Positions 1-8,563 of a stretch of 40,856 bases of DNA are shown piece by piece. The stretch comes from a virus. Its lineage: Duplodnaviria > Caudoviricetes. The notes beneath the pieces were generated by a model. That model was not told where the DNA came from. It was given only the letters and a program-made list of their open reading frames with translations, and made no database searches. A program made the position numbers and the translations under genes. Each line of letters begins with the position of its first letter. Within the stretch, counting starts at the first letter, position 1. The stretch is from the IMG/VR virus record IMGVR_UViG_3300005732_000058, positions 1 to 40,856 of that record; one strand, given 5' to 3'.

Positions 1-68
1 ACTGAGCGAGCGCGGCATTGATCTGGCGATGTCCAATGACGACATCATGGCCGCGCTCAATGGTGGGC
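1..68. repeat. 68-bp terminal direct repeat (copy 1), most likely the assembly overlap of a circular or permuted genome
   Basis: Bases 1-68 are identical to 40789-40856, and the reading frame continues across the junction (ATG 40817 = ATG 29). Confidence 0.95.
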
Positions 69-3000
69 AGCCTCAAAAGACCGATCCTGTTTCATTTGCT
101 AAATCTATTGCGGCCAAAATTAGAGAGCTTCTTCCTGAGGTCGCGGCAAGCATAAAAGTCAATGTTGTGCCTGTTGGCGATGCTGCCCTGAGACGGAATA
201 AGGTCGCGGAAGAGTCAGGAGTAGATATTCATGCTGATGCCACAAGTTCAGGCGGGACAATAACGATCACGCCAGAATCAAGTGTTGAGCTTATCGTGCA
301 TGAGTTCCGGCACGTTCTTGATATTGTTGTTGTAGGGTTGGGCCTGCGTGATGCTGTCACAAGTCTTGAAAGCACAAATGAGGGTCGTGACCGCCTGCAC
401 GGTTATCTAAACGCTGCGCGTGATGCGGGTCATATTCCTAAAGACGTTTACTTTGCAAATGAAGCTGAAATCGCAAATGGGCTTGTCGCTGCCTTCTGGT
501 CTGATCCCGATGGAATGGAGGCGGCGATACCTGAGATTTTTGACATCCTATTTGACAGCCGGATAAGTGAATTTTCATTTTTGAATGATATGCTTGCCGC
601 CCTGCAGGATGATCCCGATGGTCAGCAATATGATCAGGAAGGCCGCCTGCTGACTGACACGCCGGAATTCCGCGCGTGGTTTGGCGATAGCAAGGTGGTC
701 GATGAGAAGGGTGATCCGTTGACGATGTACCACGGGACGCCAGATGCTAGCTTTGACGCATTTAGTGAGGACCAGTTTTTTACGGAGGACCGTGAGTATG
801 CTTCGCGTTTTTTAAGTTCGTCCACGGCGTCATCCAGCATGTATGGTGTGCGAGACGGGGACGCTCAAGTTATTGAGGTTTACATAAAATCTGAAAACCC
901 TTTTGACACAAGAAGCCCTGACCATGCTCTGGTACTAAAAAATCAATTTTCGGGTGTTTTTGGTGAGGGCGTTTTGACAGAAAACGGCTTGCCTGATTGG
1001 GTTGAGGGGCGCGATATTGCGGAGTTTTTGCGCGAAAATGTTGCCGAACTGGGGTTTGACTCCGTAATCGTAGATGAGGGTTCCGATAACGCTGGTCAGC
1101 GCCCGCCTGCTTACATTGTTTTTTCTCCTGAGCAAATCAAATCCATCAACAACCGCGGCACCTTCGACGCCAACGATCCGCGCATTATGTTTCAGGACCA
1201 AGCGCACCCGTTTGAAGGCGTGACGCGCGATGAGTTTTTAGGTTCACCAAAGATCACATCAAATGCAAATGCATCCAGCTTGGTCCCTAAGGTTCTGGCT
1301 TCGGTCGAACCTGTTGAGGCGGTGCCTTTCAATGCTGGCGTCGGTCTCACTGCCAAGTATCACGAAAATGGCGCTGCTGTTCTCAAGGGCGACAAGGTGA
1401 TTGCCTCGTATAATCTTGGTGACACGCTGGTTGTTGCGAAAGGCCAGCGCCGCCAAGGAATTGCTGAGGAATTGGTTTATCAGTGGCGGATGAGGTTTCC
1501 GAATTCTCAACCTGCGACAAGCCGGACAAAGGCGTCCCAAAAACTACAGGAAAAGGTGTGGGATCGGATTCAGTCTGAAATTCAATCTGGCGAAACATCT
1601 TACAATCAGCAAAAGCGCGGCTCGATCGTTCTGCCGCGCGGCGGACTAACCGAGGGCCAGACCGTCATCAACCTGTTTGAAAGCGCTGATCTGTCCACGT
1701 TCCTGCACGAAAGCGGTCACTTTTTCCTTGAGGCGTTCACGGCGATGGCCACATCTGAGGGTGCGCCGCAGGCGATGGCCGATGATCTGGCTGTGATCCA
1801 CAAATTCCTTGAGGTCGAGGATGGTGCATCACTGACCCGCGATCAGCACGAAACATGGGCGCGCGGATTTGAGGCATACCTGATGGAAGGCAAGGCACCG
1901 TCGCTGGGGCTGGCCAGCGCCTTTGCGCGGTTCAAGGCATGGCTGACCCGCATTTACCGCACCGTGCGCAACCTCGATGTGAAGCTGACGCCAGAGGTTC
2001 GCGAGGTCATGGATCGCATGCTGGCCACGGATGAGGAAATCGCGGCAATGCGCGATGATCTGGCCATGCGCCCGCTGTTCGCTGATGCTGCGCCTGCGGG
2101 GATGTCGGATGCTGACTTCGCCACATATCAGCGGATGGCCCAGCGCAGCGCTGACCAAGCTGAGGCATCGCTTATGAAACGCACCATGGAAAAGGTGCGG
2201 CGCGAAACCCAGAAATGGTTCAAGGACGAAAAGAAAGCTGTGCGGGCAGAGGTTGAGGCCCGCGCCAACAAGATGCCTGTCTATCGCCTGACCGAAATGC
2301 TGGCCAACCAGCGATGGATCGGTGACGCGGATCGCGAGGTGCCTAACATTCAGATGGATCGTGATGCGCTGGTTGATCAATTCGGCGAGGGTGTCATTGC
2401 AGAGCTGGGGCGCACGCGCCTAGGCGGCAAGCGCGCGATCTATGCCAAGGGCGGTGATCGCCCTGAGATAGTCGCTGAGATGTTCGGCTTTTCCAATGTG
2501 GTCGAGATGGTCGAGGCGCTGCAGAACGCGGGCAAGCGCAAGGATTACATCGACGGCGAAACTGACCGCATCATGGTCGAGCGCCACGGTGATCCGCTCA
2601 ATGATGGATCGATTGAGGAGGCCGCGGCGCTGGCCGTTCATTCTGAGCAGCAAGCCGCCATGGTCACGACTGAGGCCCGCGCGATCGCCAAGCGCTTGGG
2701 GCTGCCGACGCGCAATATCAAGGCCAAGGAATACCGAGCCCGCGCCAAGGCCATGCTGGGGCGCATGAGCGTGCGTGAGGCGTCACGGTCGGCGTCGTTT
2801 CTGCAGGCTGAGCGTCGGGCGGCCAAAGCTGCTGAGCGTGCGTTTGCGCGGGTTGCGCGCGGCGGCACGCGGGCTGAGGCGTCACTGGCTGAGGCGATGC
2901 AGGCGAAAGAGCAGCAAATCCTCAATCATTTCCTCTATCAGGAGGCCCGTGATTTTGAGGCGCGCCTGCAGCGCGCGCGCGAAAAGTTCCGCTCATTCCA

Positions 3001-5413
3001 AAAGGAAAGCGTCCGCAAGGCTGTGGGCCTGGCTTATCTCGATGAGGCAACGGGTGAGATGGTGCCCGGCCATATTGAGCAGATCGATGCCCTTTTGGAG
3101 CGCTATGACTTCCGCTCACGCAGCGACAAGCAGGTGCGCAACGCCGAGTCCCTGATGGCCTATGTGCAGCGCATGACCGATGAGGGCCGTGCGGATGAGC
3201 TGGCGATTGATCCCGTCATTTTGCGCGATGCTGAGCGCCGCCATTACACGCGCCTGTCGGTTGATGAGTTCGCTGGGCTTGTGGACACTGTGGCCAACAT
3301 CGAACACATGGGGCGGCGTCGGGCCCGGCTGGTGGATCGTAAGCGCAAGCGTGATCTGAATGAGGTCGCGTCCCGCGTTTCTGGCCTGGTGCGTGATCGG
3401 TTTGGTCGCGGCAAATCAGACGCCCAAAGCGGCGCGGTGCGTAACTTCTTCAACCTGCTCATGCGTGTGGACACTGTGGCCATCGACATCGACAAGGCAG
3501 AGATGGGCGATTTCTATGACGCCATCAAGCGCCCGATTGATGAGGGCTCTGCGGCTGAGCAGCAAATGAATGCCGAGTCTGCTCTTGAGATTGAGGCGCT
3601 GTTTGATGTCTACACATCCAAGGAAAAGCGCGACTTCAACACGGCTCGCGTGATCCCTGGCGCAAACGGCCAACCTTGGTCAAAGCAGCAAATCCTTTCA
3701 GTGGCGCTGAACACAGGCAACAAGGAAAACCTGCAGCGCGTCCTAGATCGTCGCGTTGATCGTTCTGTGCGCCTGACCCAGCCCCAACTTGATGCCTTGC
3801 TCGACACGTTGGATAAGCGCGATTGGGATTTCGTCCAAAGCATCTGGGATTTCGTGGGCAAGTTCCAAAGGGAATCCTTTGATGTCGCTGAACGGATGAC
3901 CGGCGTGCGACCCAAGGCGGTTGAGGCCGCGTCGGTGCAAACCAAGTTCGGCACATATCGCGGCGGGTATTATCCGATCGGCTATGACCCAACCAAGTCG
4001 AAAGCGGCACAGCTCGACGCTGAGGGCGCGCTGGATCAGTTTCTGTCTGCGGGGCGGGGTAACGCGGCCAAGGTCGCTGATGGCTTCACCAAGGGCCGCG
4101 CGCAAAGCGGCGGCGGGCGCGCCGTCCTCTATGATTTTTCTGTGATGATGCGCCATTCTGTTGATGCCGCGCGCCTGATCGCGCTGGCTGAGCCTGTGTA
4201 TAATGCTCAGCGCATCCTCAACCACCGATCGGTGTCTGATGCCTTCCGCGATGGCGGCCAGGCCAACCTGCTTTCTCAGCTCAATCTGTTCCTGCAGGAC
4301 ATTGCGTCGGGCCCAGTTTATAGCTCTGACCCGATCAATGCAGCCTCGCGCTTTATGAAGAACAACTTCACCTTGTCGCGGTTGGCCTTCAATCTCAAGA
4401 CAGTGGCGCTGCAGGTGACTGGCTTGGGGCAGTCGGCGGCGGTGATCGGAAAACGCAACCTGATGCGCGGCTTTAATGTCTATCGCCAAAACCCAGCACG
4501 GGTTGCTCAAGATGTTCTGGCTAAATCGGCATTCATGGCTGAGCGCCAGACCACGTTTCAGAAAGATGTCTTTGATGCGCACAATGAGGCGCGGGTGTCG
4601 TCTCCGATCGCCTCGCGCTGGCGCGCTGGGACTGAGGTTCTGTCAAAAGCGGGCTTTGCGCCTATGGTCAAAACGCAGTTCTACGTGGTGGACCTGCCCA
4701 CGTGGCTGGGCGCATTTGAGGCTGAAATCCGTCGCAACGGTGGCGATGAGGCCAAGGCCATTCACTTTGCGGATCGGATGGTCGATCGCTCTCAGGGTGG
4801 CGGGTTCATGGCTGATCGCAACGCGCTTGAGCGCGGCACTGTATCCCGCAACGTGCGCCAATCAGATTTCGTGCGATTGTGGACCACGCTGGGCGGATAC
4901 ATGGTGACAAAGCTGAACCGCGGATACGTGACAACACGCCAAGGCGCGCGAGCCATTGGGCAGGCTAATGGCCCGGTCGAAAAGGTCGCTCAGGCCGCGA
5001 ACATGGCCGCTGATCTGACTCTGTTATTTGTGTTTGAGGCGGCTCTGATGGGGCTGGCTTATTCCTTGCTGACTGACGATGAGGATGAGGAGGATGTTGC
5101 CGCGTTCATCGCCAAGGAAACGGCTGCGGCGGCGCTGGGTGGCATCCCGTTTGTTCGCGAGTCTTTCAGCGCATTCAATGGATACGGTGCTGGCGGCGTT
5201 CTTAGCTCGGCGCTTGAAATTCCTGCAGATGTTTGGACGCAAATTTCGCAGGGCGAGAATGACAAGGCGTTTCGGCGCGCGGTCGGAGACGCCATCGGTT
5301 TCGGAACCGGATTGCCGACAACGCAGTCAATTCGTGTTATTGAGGAAATCATAGCCGGTGATGACGGCTCAATCGCAGAGGCCGCTTTTGGCCGAAACCC
5401 GCTGGCTGATTAG
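29..5413 (+). CDS. C-terminal ~1,794 aa of a giant polyvalent internal virion/ejection protein (true start ~38411, across the origin)
   Basis: In frame with the open frame 38411-40856. Contains HEFRH (299-313) and HESGH (1706-1720) zincin motifs, an ART-PolyVal-like segment (FRAWFGDSKVVD...YHGT...FFT...VYIKSENPFD) and a GNAT-like segment (VAKGQRRQGIAEELV). It is the last ejection gene before the tail fibre. Confidence 0.85.
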   Translation: MSNDDIMAALNGGQPQKTDPVSFAKSIAAKIRELLPEVAASIKVNVVPVGDAALRRNKVAEESGVDIHADATSSGGTITITPESSVELIVHEFRHVLDIVVVGLGLRDAVTSLESTNEGRDRLHGYLNAARDAGHIPKDVYFANEAEIANGLVAAFWSDPDGMEAAIPEIFDILFDSRISEFSFLNDMLAALQDDPDGQQYDQEGRLLTDTPEFRAWFGDSKVVDEKGDPLTMYHGTPDASFDAFSEDQFFTEDREYASRFLSSSTASSSMYGVRDGDAQVIEVYIKSENPFDTRSPDHALVLKNQFSGVFGEGVLTENGLPDWVEGRDIAEFLRENVAELGFDSVIVDEGSDNAGQRPPAYIVFSPEQIKSINNRGTFDANDPRIMFQDQAHPFEGVTRDEFLGSPKITSNANASSLVPKVLASVEPVEAVPFNAGVGLTAKYHENGAAVLKGDKVIASYNLGDTLVVAKGQRRQGIAEELVYQWRMRFPNSQPATSRTKASQKLQEKVWDRIQSEIQSGETSYNQQKRGSIVLPRGGLTEGQTVINLFESADLSTFLHESGHFFLEAFTAMATSEGAPQAMADDLAVIHKFLEVEDGASLTRDQHETWARGFEAYLMEGKAPSLGLASAFARFKAWLTRIYRTVRNLDVKLTPEVREVMDRMLATDEEIAAMRDDLAMRPLFADAAPAGMSDADFATYQRMAQRSADQAEASLMKRTMEKVRRETQKWFKDEKKAVRAEVEARANKMPVYRLTEMLANQRWIGDADREVPNIQMDRDALVDQFGEGVIAELGRTRLGGKRAIYAKGGDRPEIVAEMFGFSNVVEMVEALQNAGKRKDYIDGETDRIMVERHGDPLNDGSIEEAAALAVHSEQQAAMVTTEARAIAKRLGLPTRNIKAKEYRARAKAMLGRMSVREASRSASFLQAERRAAKAAERAFARVARGGTRAEASLAEAMQAKEQQILNHFLYQEARDFEARLQRAREKFRSFQKESVRKAVGLAYLDEATGEMVPGHIEQIDALLERYDFRSRSDKQVRNAESLMAYVQRMTDEGRADELAIDPVILRDAERRHYTRLSVDEFAGLVDTVANIEHMGRRRARLVDRKRKRDLNEVASRVSGLVRDRFGRGKSDAQSGAVRNFFNLLMRVDTVAIDIDKAEMGDFYDAIKRPIDEGSAAEQQMNAESALEIEALFDVYTSKEKRDFNTARVIPGANGQPWSKQQILSVALNTGNKENLQRVLDRRVDRSVRLTQPQLDALLDTLDKRDWDFVQSIWDFVGKFQRESFDVAERMTGVRPKAVEAASVQTKFGTYRGGYYPIGYDPTKSKAAQLDAEGALDQFLSAGRGNAAKVADGFTKGRAQSGGGRAVLYDFSVMMRHSVDAARLIALAEPVYNAQRILNHRSVSDAFRDGGQANLLSQLNLFLQDIASGPVYSSDPINAASRFMKNNFTLSRLAFNLKTVALQVTGLGQSAAVIGKRNLMRGFNVYRQNPARVAQDVLAKSAFMAERQTTFQKDVFDAHNEARVSSPIASRWRAGTEVLSKAGFAPMVKTQFYVVDLPTWLGAFEAEIRRNGGDEAKAIHFADRMVDRSQGGGFMADRNALERGTVSRNVRQSDFVRLWTTLGGYMVTKLNRGYVTTRQGARAIGQANGPVEKVAQAANMAADLTLLFVFEAALMGLAYSLLTDDEDEEDVAAFIAKETAAAALGGIPFVRESFSAFNGYGAGGVLSSALEIPADVWTQISQGENDKAFRRAVGDAIGFGTGLPTTQSIRVIEEIIAGDDGSIAEAAFGRNPLAD

Positions 5414-5424
5414 GGGAGACAAGC

Positions 5425-8079
5425 ATGACCATTTCGAGCAGCACCAATAAATCTGGGCCATATAACGGAAATGGCTCTACTACAGTTTTTGCGCGAACAT
5501 TTCGCGTTCTCGACGCGGATCACCTAAAGGTTTACCAAACTATTTCCGGCGTCACATCAGAGGTCACTACCGGCATCAGCAAAGACGGGATTGGCTCGGA
5601 TAGTGGAAATGTTACCTTTGACACGGCCCCCTTGGCCGGAACACAGATCACGCTCTTGCGCGACATCCCGTTAACGCAGGAAACGGATTATTCTGCGCAG
5701 GGCAAGGTCTCTCCTGTTCAAGTTGAGGATGACCTTGATTTGCAGGAAATGCAAATTCAAGACATGCATGGCAGGGTCGAAAGAAGCATTAAGGTGCCTA
5801 TCACATCTGACGGCGGATTCGAGGTTTCGGAGCCATCATACGGTCGTGCACTGATCGGTAATATCGGTGAGGATGGATGGGAGGCCGGTCCCAATGCCCA
5901 GGAGATTGCCAACGCGCAATCTTATGCAATAAGAGCTGAGGAGGCTCTGGCAGCTACGGGCGGTCGATTATATGAGTCTTTTGCCGAAGCTGAGGCCGCT
6001 TCTGTCCCGTCCGTCGCCATTATGATTTGGGTCAAGTTCAACGGCATGTTGTTGGCCTTTGAGCGTGACGATGATTATTCGTGCTTCACCGATGCAAATG
6101 GTGATTCATGGCGGCCTCACACAGCATACCCTGCTTTTTATGAGCATTGGCAAATTGCAACCCGATACATTGACCCTGATGAACGCACTTTTACACCGGC
6201 GGTAACGGTCGGTTCTATCATGTCATCAGAAACAGACTACACCACGCAAATCAACGCTTGCCACTCTGAACACAAGGGCATCGTTTATGTGAATGGATTT
6301 GTCAATCATCGGCAAATTCAATGGCATCGCGAGTGTGTTGTCTTGAACGGGGCAGGCGGCGAGTTTGTAGCGGGTTTCAACGCTATTTATGATGACACGA
6401 TTGATCACTATCACCTCGGAGATATTGGTGAGCGCGGATTCTTGTGCGGCAACTTAACGTTCTATGCAGAGCAGCCAACAGATGCCGCAAGTCGAGATGA
6501 TTTGATCCGTTATCCATGGGCAATCAAAATGTCCGACAGCGCACGATCTGTGCCGTCATCGATCCGCATCGTCGGATATATCAACGGCGTTGACATGAGC
6601 GATAGCCCGGCACCCTCAAACGCGGGTGGCGCTCATCTCGAAGATTTGGAGACCATGTGCTATGGCATAGGCGTCTATATCAATGAGGCATTGGATTACG
6701 TCACGATAGCACCGTATCGGTCCTGGCCCTTTATGATGGCGGGCTTTCAGCCGCTTGTAGATATTTTTTCCGATGGGCTTACGGATGCCATTCGTGTGGA
6801 GAAATGTGACGGGTTCATTGGTGAAATTGCCACATGGAAAACTAGAGCCTCATTTGGTCGAAATGCTGGCACACATCTTGTTCTAACGGGGGATGTCGGC
6901 TGGTTGACCGAAGGTGAAACTATCACTCAGTCTGTCAGTGGTGCCTCTGGGGTTGTGGATTACATTATTGCCGGGCCCAGAACTCAGGTTCGGTTAAAAG
7001 ATGTGTCGGGCTCCTTTGACACCACAAACACCCTTTCGGGGTCTGATACTGGGGCAATGGCGGCGGCCTCTGTTCCCACGTCCGCAACATCCATATCAGC
7101 GCAGTCAGAGGGCGCAATAACCTATGATGTCAATTTGTATCTCGACGCGCCCGGCTCTTATCTGCAGCTCCGCGGCGGGAAAAGTAGGATCAAGCTTTAT
7201 TCATCAAAGGTTGAGGAAGAAAGTCAGCCTACTATCCATGCGACATTTGGTAAGCACTTTGTCACAGGCGACATAAGGTCAAGCACTGATGACGCGGTTT
7301 TGGTGGATGGCGCGTCCCTTCTTGTGCACGATGCGATGTTGCGATCTGAAATATCAGATGTGACCTTTGCAAAGGTTTCAAGCGGTCGCCTGACTATTAA
7401 GGGGTGTCAATTTCAGTGGCCAGATGATGGCCTTCATGCTGGCATTCCGTTTGTTGAGCAGGCTGGCGGTCAGCTCGTCGTTACAGATTGCGACACTGCT
7501 GACATGCAGCAAGCCCGAACTGCGGTTTCATTCTCTTCCGAAAACCTGTTTCACCACGTTTCTGGAAACAGGTTTGGCCCGCATGAGGTCAATTATTCAG
7601 ACACGTATACATTGGGTCTTTACGAGGGTGAAACCAAGCGAAACCAAACGGCGCAGGGAAACACATCTTACATTCGAACAATTCTCTCCGATACTGTTAC
7701 GAATGCCAGGAATGAAGTGACGCGCCGCGCTCGCGGCGTAAAGGGTGCTATCACCAAAGTGATTGTTGGTGTCGTAGTAAAAAATTGGCTTTTTCAGGTT
7801 TGGACGGGCTCTGGATGGCAAAATCTAATGCAGGATCGCACAAAGGTTTTGGCGGAATCCGGTGGGGTTTCGTCTGGTGTGCGAGACGTTTTCGTAGCTG
7901 ATAGCAGCGGAGTTTTGCAGCATGTGACATCACATGAGGCTGCCCGCTTTGTTTCTAAGCAGGACGCGAGAGTGGAAGGGGATTTAGATGTGACTGGAAG
8001 CGCTACGTTTGCCGGAAATTCCACTGGCAATATAGATCGAAATTTTCTTAACGACTACGAAACCGCGAGGGATGCGTAA
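5425..8079 (+). CDS. Tail fibre/tailspike 1 with T7 gp17-like N-terminal virion anchor
   Basis: N-terminus YNGNGSTTVFARTFRVLD...ITLLRDIPLTQETDY...EDDLDLQEMQIQ is typical of podovirus fibre anchors. The central region is beta-rich. RBS GGGGAG. Ends in DRNFLNDYETARDA. Confidence 0.85.
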   Translation: MTISSSTNKSGPYNGNGSTTVFARTFRVLDADHLKVYQTISGVTSEVTTGISKDGIGSDSGNVTFDTAPLAGTQITLLRDIPLTQETDYSAQGKVSPVQVEDDLDLQEMQIQDMHGRVERSIKVPITSDGGFEVSEPSYGRALIGNIGEDGWEAGPNAQEIANAQSYAIRAEEALAATGGRLYESFAEAEAASVPSVAIMIWVKFNGMLLAFERDDDYSCFTDANGDSWRPHTAYPAFYEHWQIATRYIDPDERTFTPAVTVGSIMSSETDYTTQINACHSEHKGIVYVNGFVNHRQIQWHRECVVLNGAGGEFVAGFNAIYDDTIDHYHLGDIGERGFLCGNLTFYAEQPTDAASRDDLIRYPWAIKMSDSARSVPSSIRIVGYINGVDMSDSPAPSNAGGAHLEDLETMCYGIGVYINEALDYVTIAPYRSWPFMMAGFQPLVDIFSDGLTDAIRVEKCDGFIGEIATWKTRASFGRNAGTHLVLTGDVGWLTEGETITQSVSGASGVVDYIIAGPRTQVRLKDVSGSFDTTNTLSGSDTGAMAAASVPTSATSISAQSEGAITYDVNLYLDAPGSYLQLRGGKSRIKLYSSKVEEESQPTIHATFGKHFVTGDIRSSTDDAVLVDGASLLVHDAMLRSEISDVTFAKVSSGRLTIKGCQFQWPDDGLHAGIPFVEQAGGQLVVTDCDTADMQQARTAVSFSSENLFHHVSGNRFGPHEVNYSDTYTLGLYEGETKRNQTAQGNTSYIRTILSDTVTNARNEVTRRARGVKGAITKVIVGVVVKNWLFQVWTGSGWQNLMQDRTKVLAESGGVSSGVRDVFVADSSGVLQHVTSHEAARFVSKQDARVEGDLDVTGSATFAGNSTGNIDRNFLNDYETARDA

Positions 8080-8099
8080 TGAGCCTTGAGACAAGATTA
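8035..8099 (+). repeat. Gene-junction repeat copy 1 (DRNFLNDYETARDA-stop/MSLETRL)
   Basis: Homologous to 8499-8563. The 20-nt core GCGAGGGATGCGTAATGAGC (8065-8084) is identical, and the flanks differ mostly synonymously. Confidence 0.9.
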
Positions 8100-8543
8100 A
8101 CCGCAGCATTCCAACAGATCGGCACTGACGTTGGGGGCATCAAGAGTAAAACTGACCACATATCTGTAACGCAAGCCGTTGATTTAGACGCTATTGAAAC
8201 GCGAGTAAATGCACTCGATCAAGCTGTTGTGCTGAAAGGCACATTCAGCGCTTCCGGCGGCAGCTTCCCAGGGTCTGGATCAGCGCAGGCGGGTGAGGCT
8301 TGGATTTCCACATCTGCGGGCACCATTGATGGAATGGAAATCAACATTAATGATCGTGTCATCGCGGTATCGGATAATGCATCTGTTTCTGATAGCGATG
8401 ATTGGCACCTGGCCGACTACACGGATGAGGTTGTGTCTGTTAATGGGCGATCAGGTTCCGTCACCGGCCTTCAAGAGGCTTCGGATGTAGGCGATACTGA
8501 CCGAAATTTTCTGAATGATTACACAACGGCGAGGGATGCGTAA
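8079..8543 (+). CDS. Small fibre-associated protein (putative linker/extender), 154 aa
   Basis: TAATG-coupled on both sides. Has fibre-type motifs LKGTFSAS..FP...GEAW...W and VVSVNGRSGSV. Starts MSLETRL and ends DRNFLNDYTTARDA. Confidence 0.8.
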   Translation: MSLETRLTAAFQQIGTDVGGIKSKTDHISVTQAVDLDAIETRVNALDQAVVLKGTFSASGGSFPGSGSAQAGEAWISTSAGTIDGMEININDRVIAVSDNASVSDSDDWHLADYTDEVVSVNGRSGSVTGLQEASDVGDTDRNFLNDYTTARDA

Positions 8544-8563
8544 TGAGCTTGGAAACCCGTTTA
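8499..8563 (+). repeat. Gene-junction repeat copy 2 (DRNFLNDYTTARDA-stop/MSLETRL)
   Basis: The 20-nt core at 8529-8548 is identical to 8065-8084, 464 bp apart. Confidence 0.9.

Noticed and set aside
1-68. Biological direct terminal repeat
   Set aside because: It falls mid-gene and is short, which fits an assembler overlap. The P22-like small terminase is also compatible with permuted ends.
3743-4582. Long antisense or alternate-frame ORFs (e.g. 3743-4582, 23548-24249, 30656-31351, 36905-37678)
   Set aside because: These are shadows of GC-rich genes with no recognisable motifs, unlike the nested MTase ORF.
8077-8081. Programmed frameshift or readthrough fusing the tail ORFs
   Set aside because: No slippery heptamer is present. 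TAATG with an upstream GAGGG is ordinary translational coupling, also seen at 12673, 35268 and 36298.
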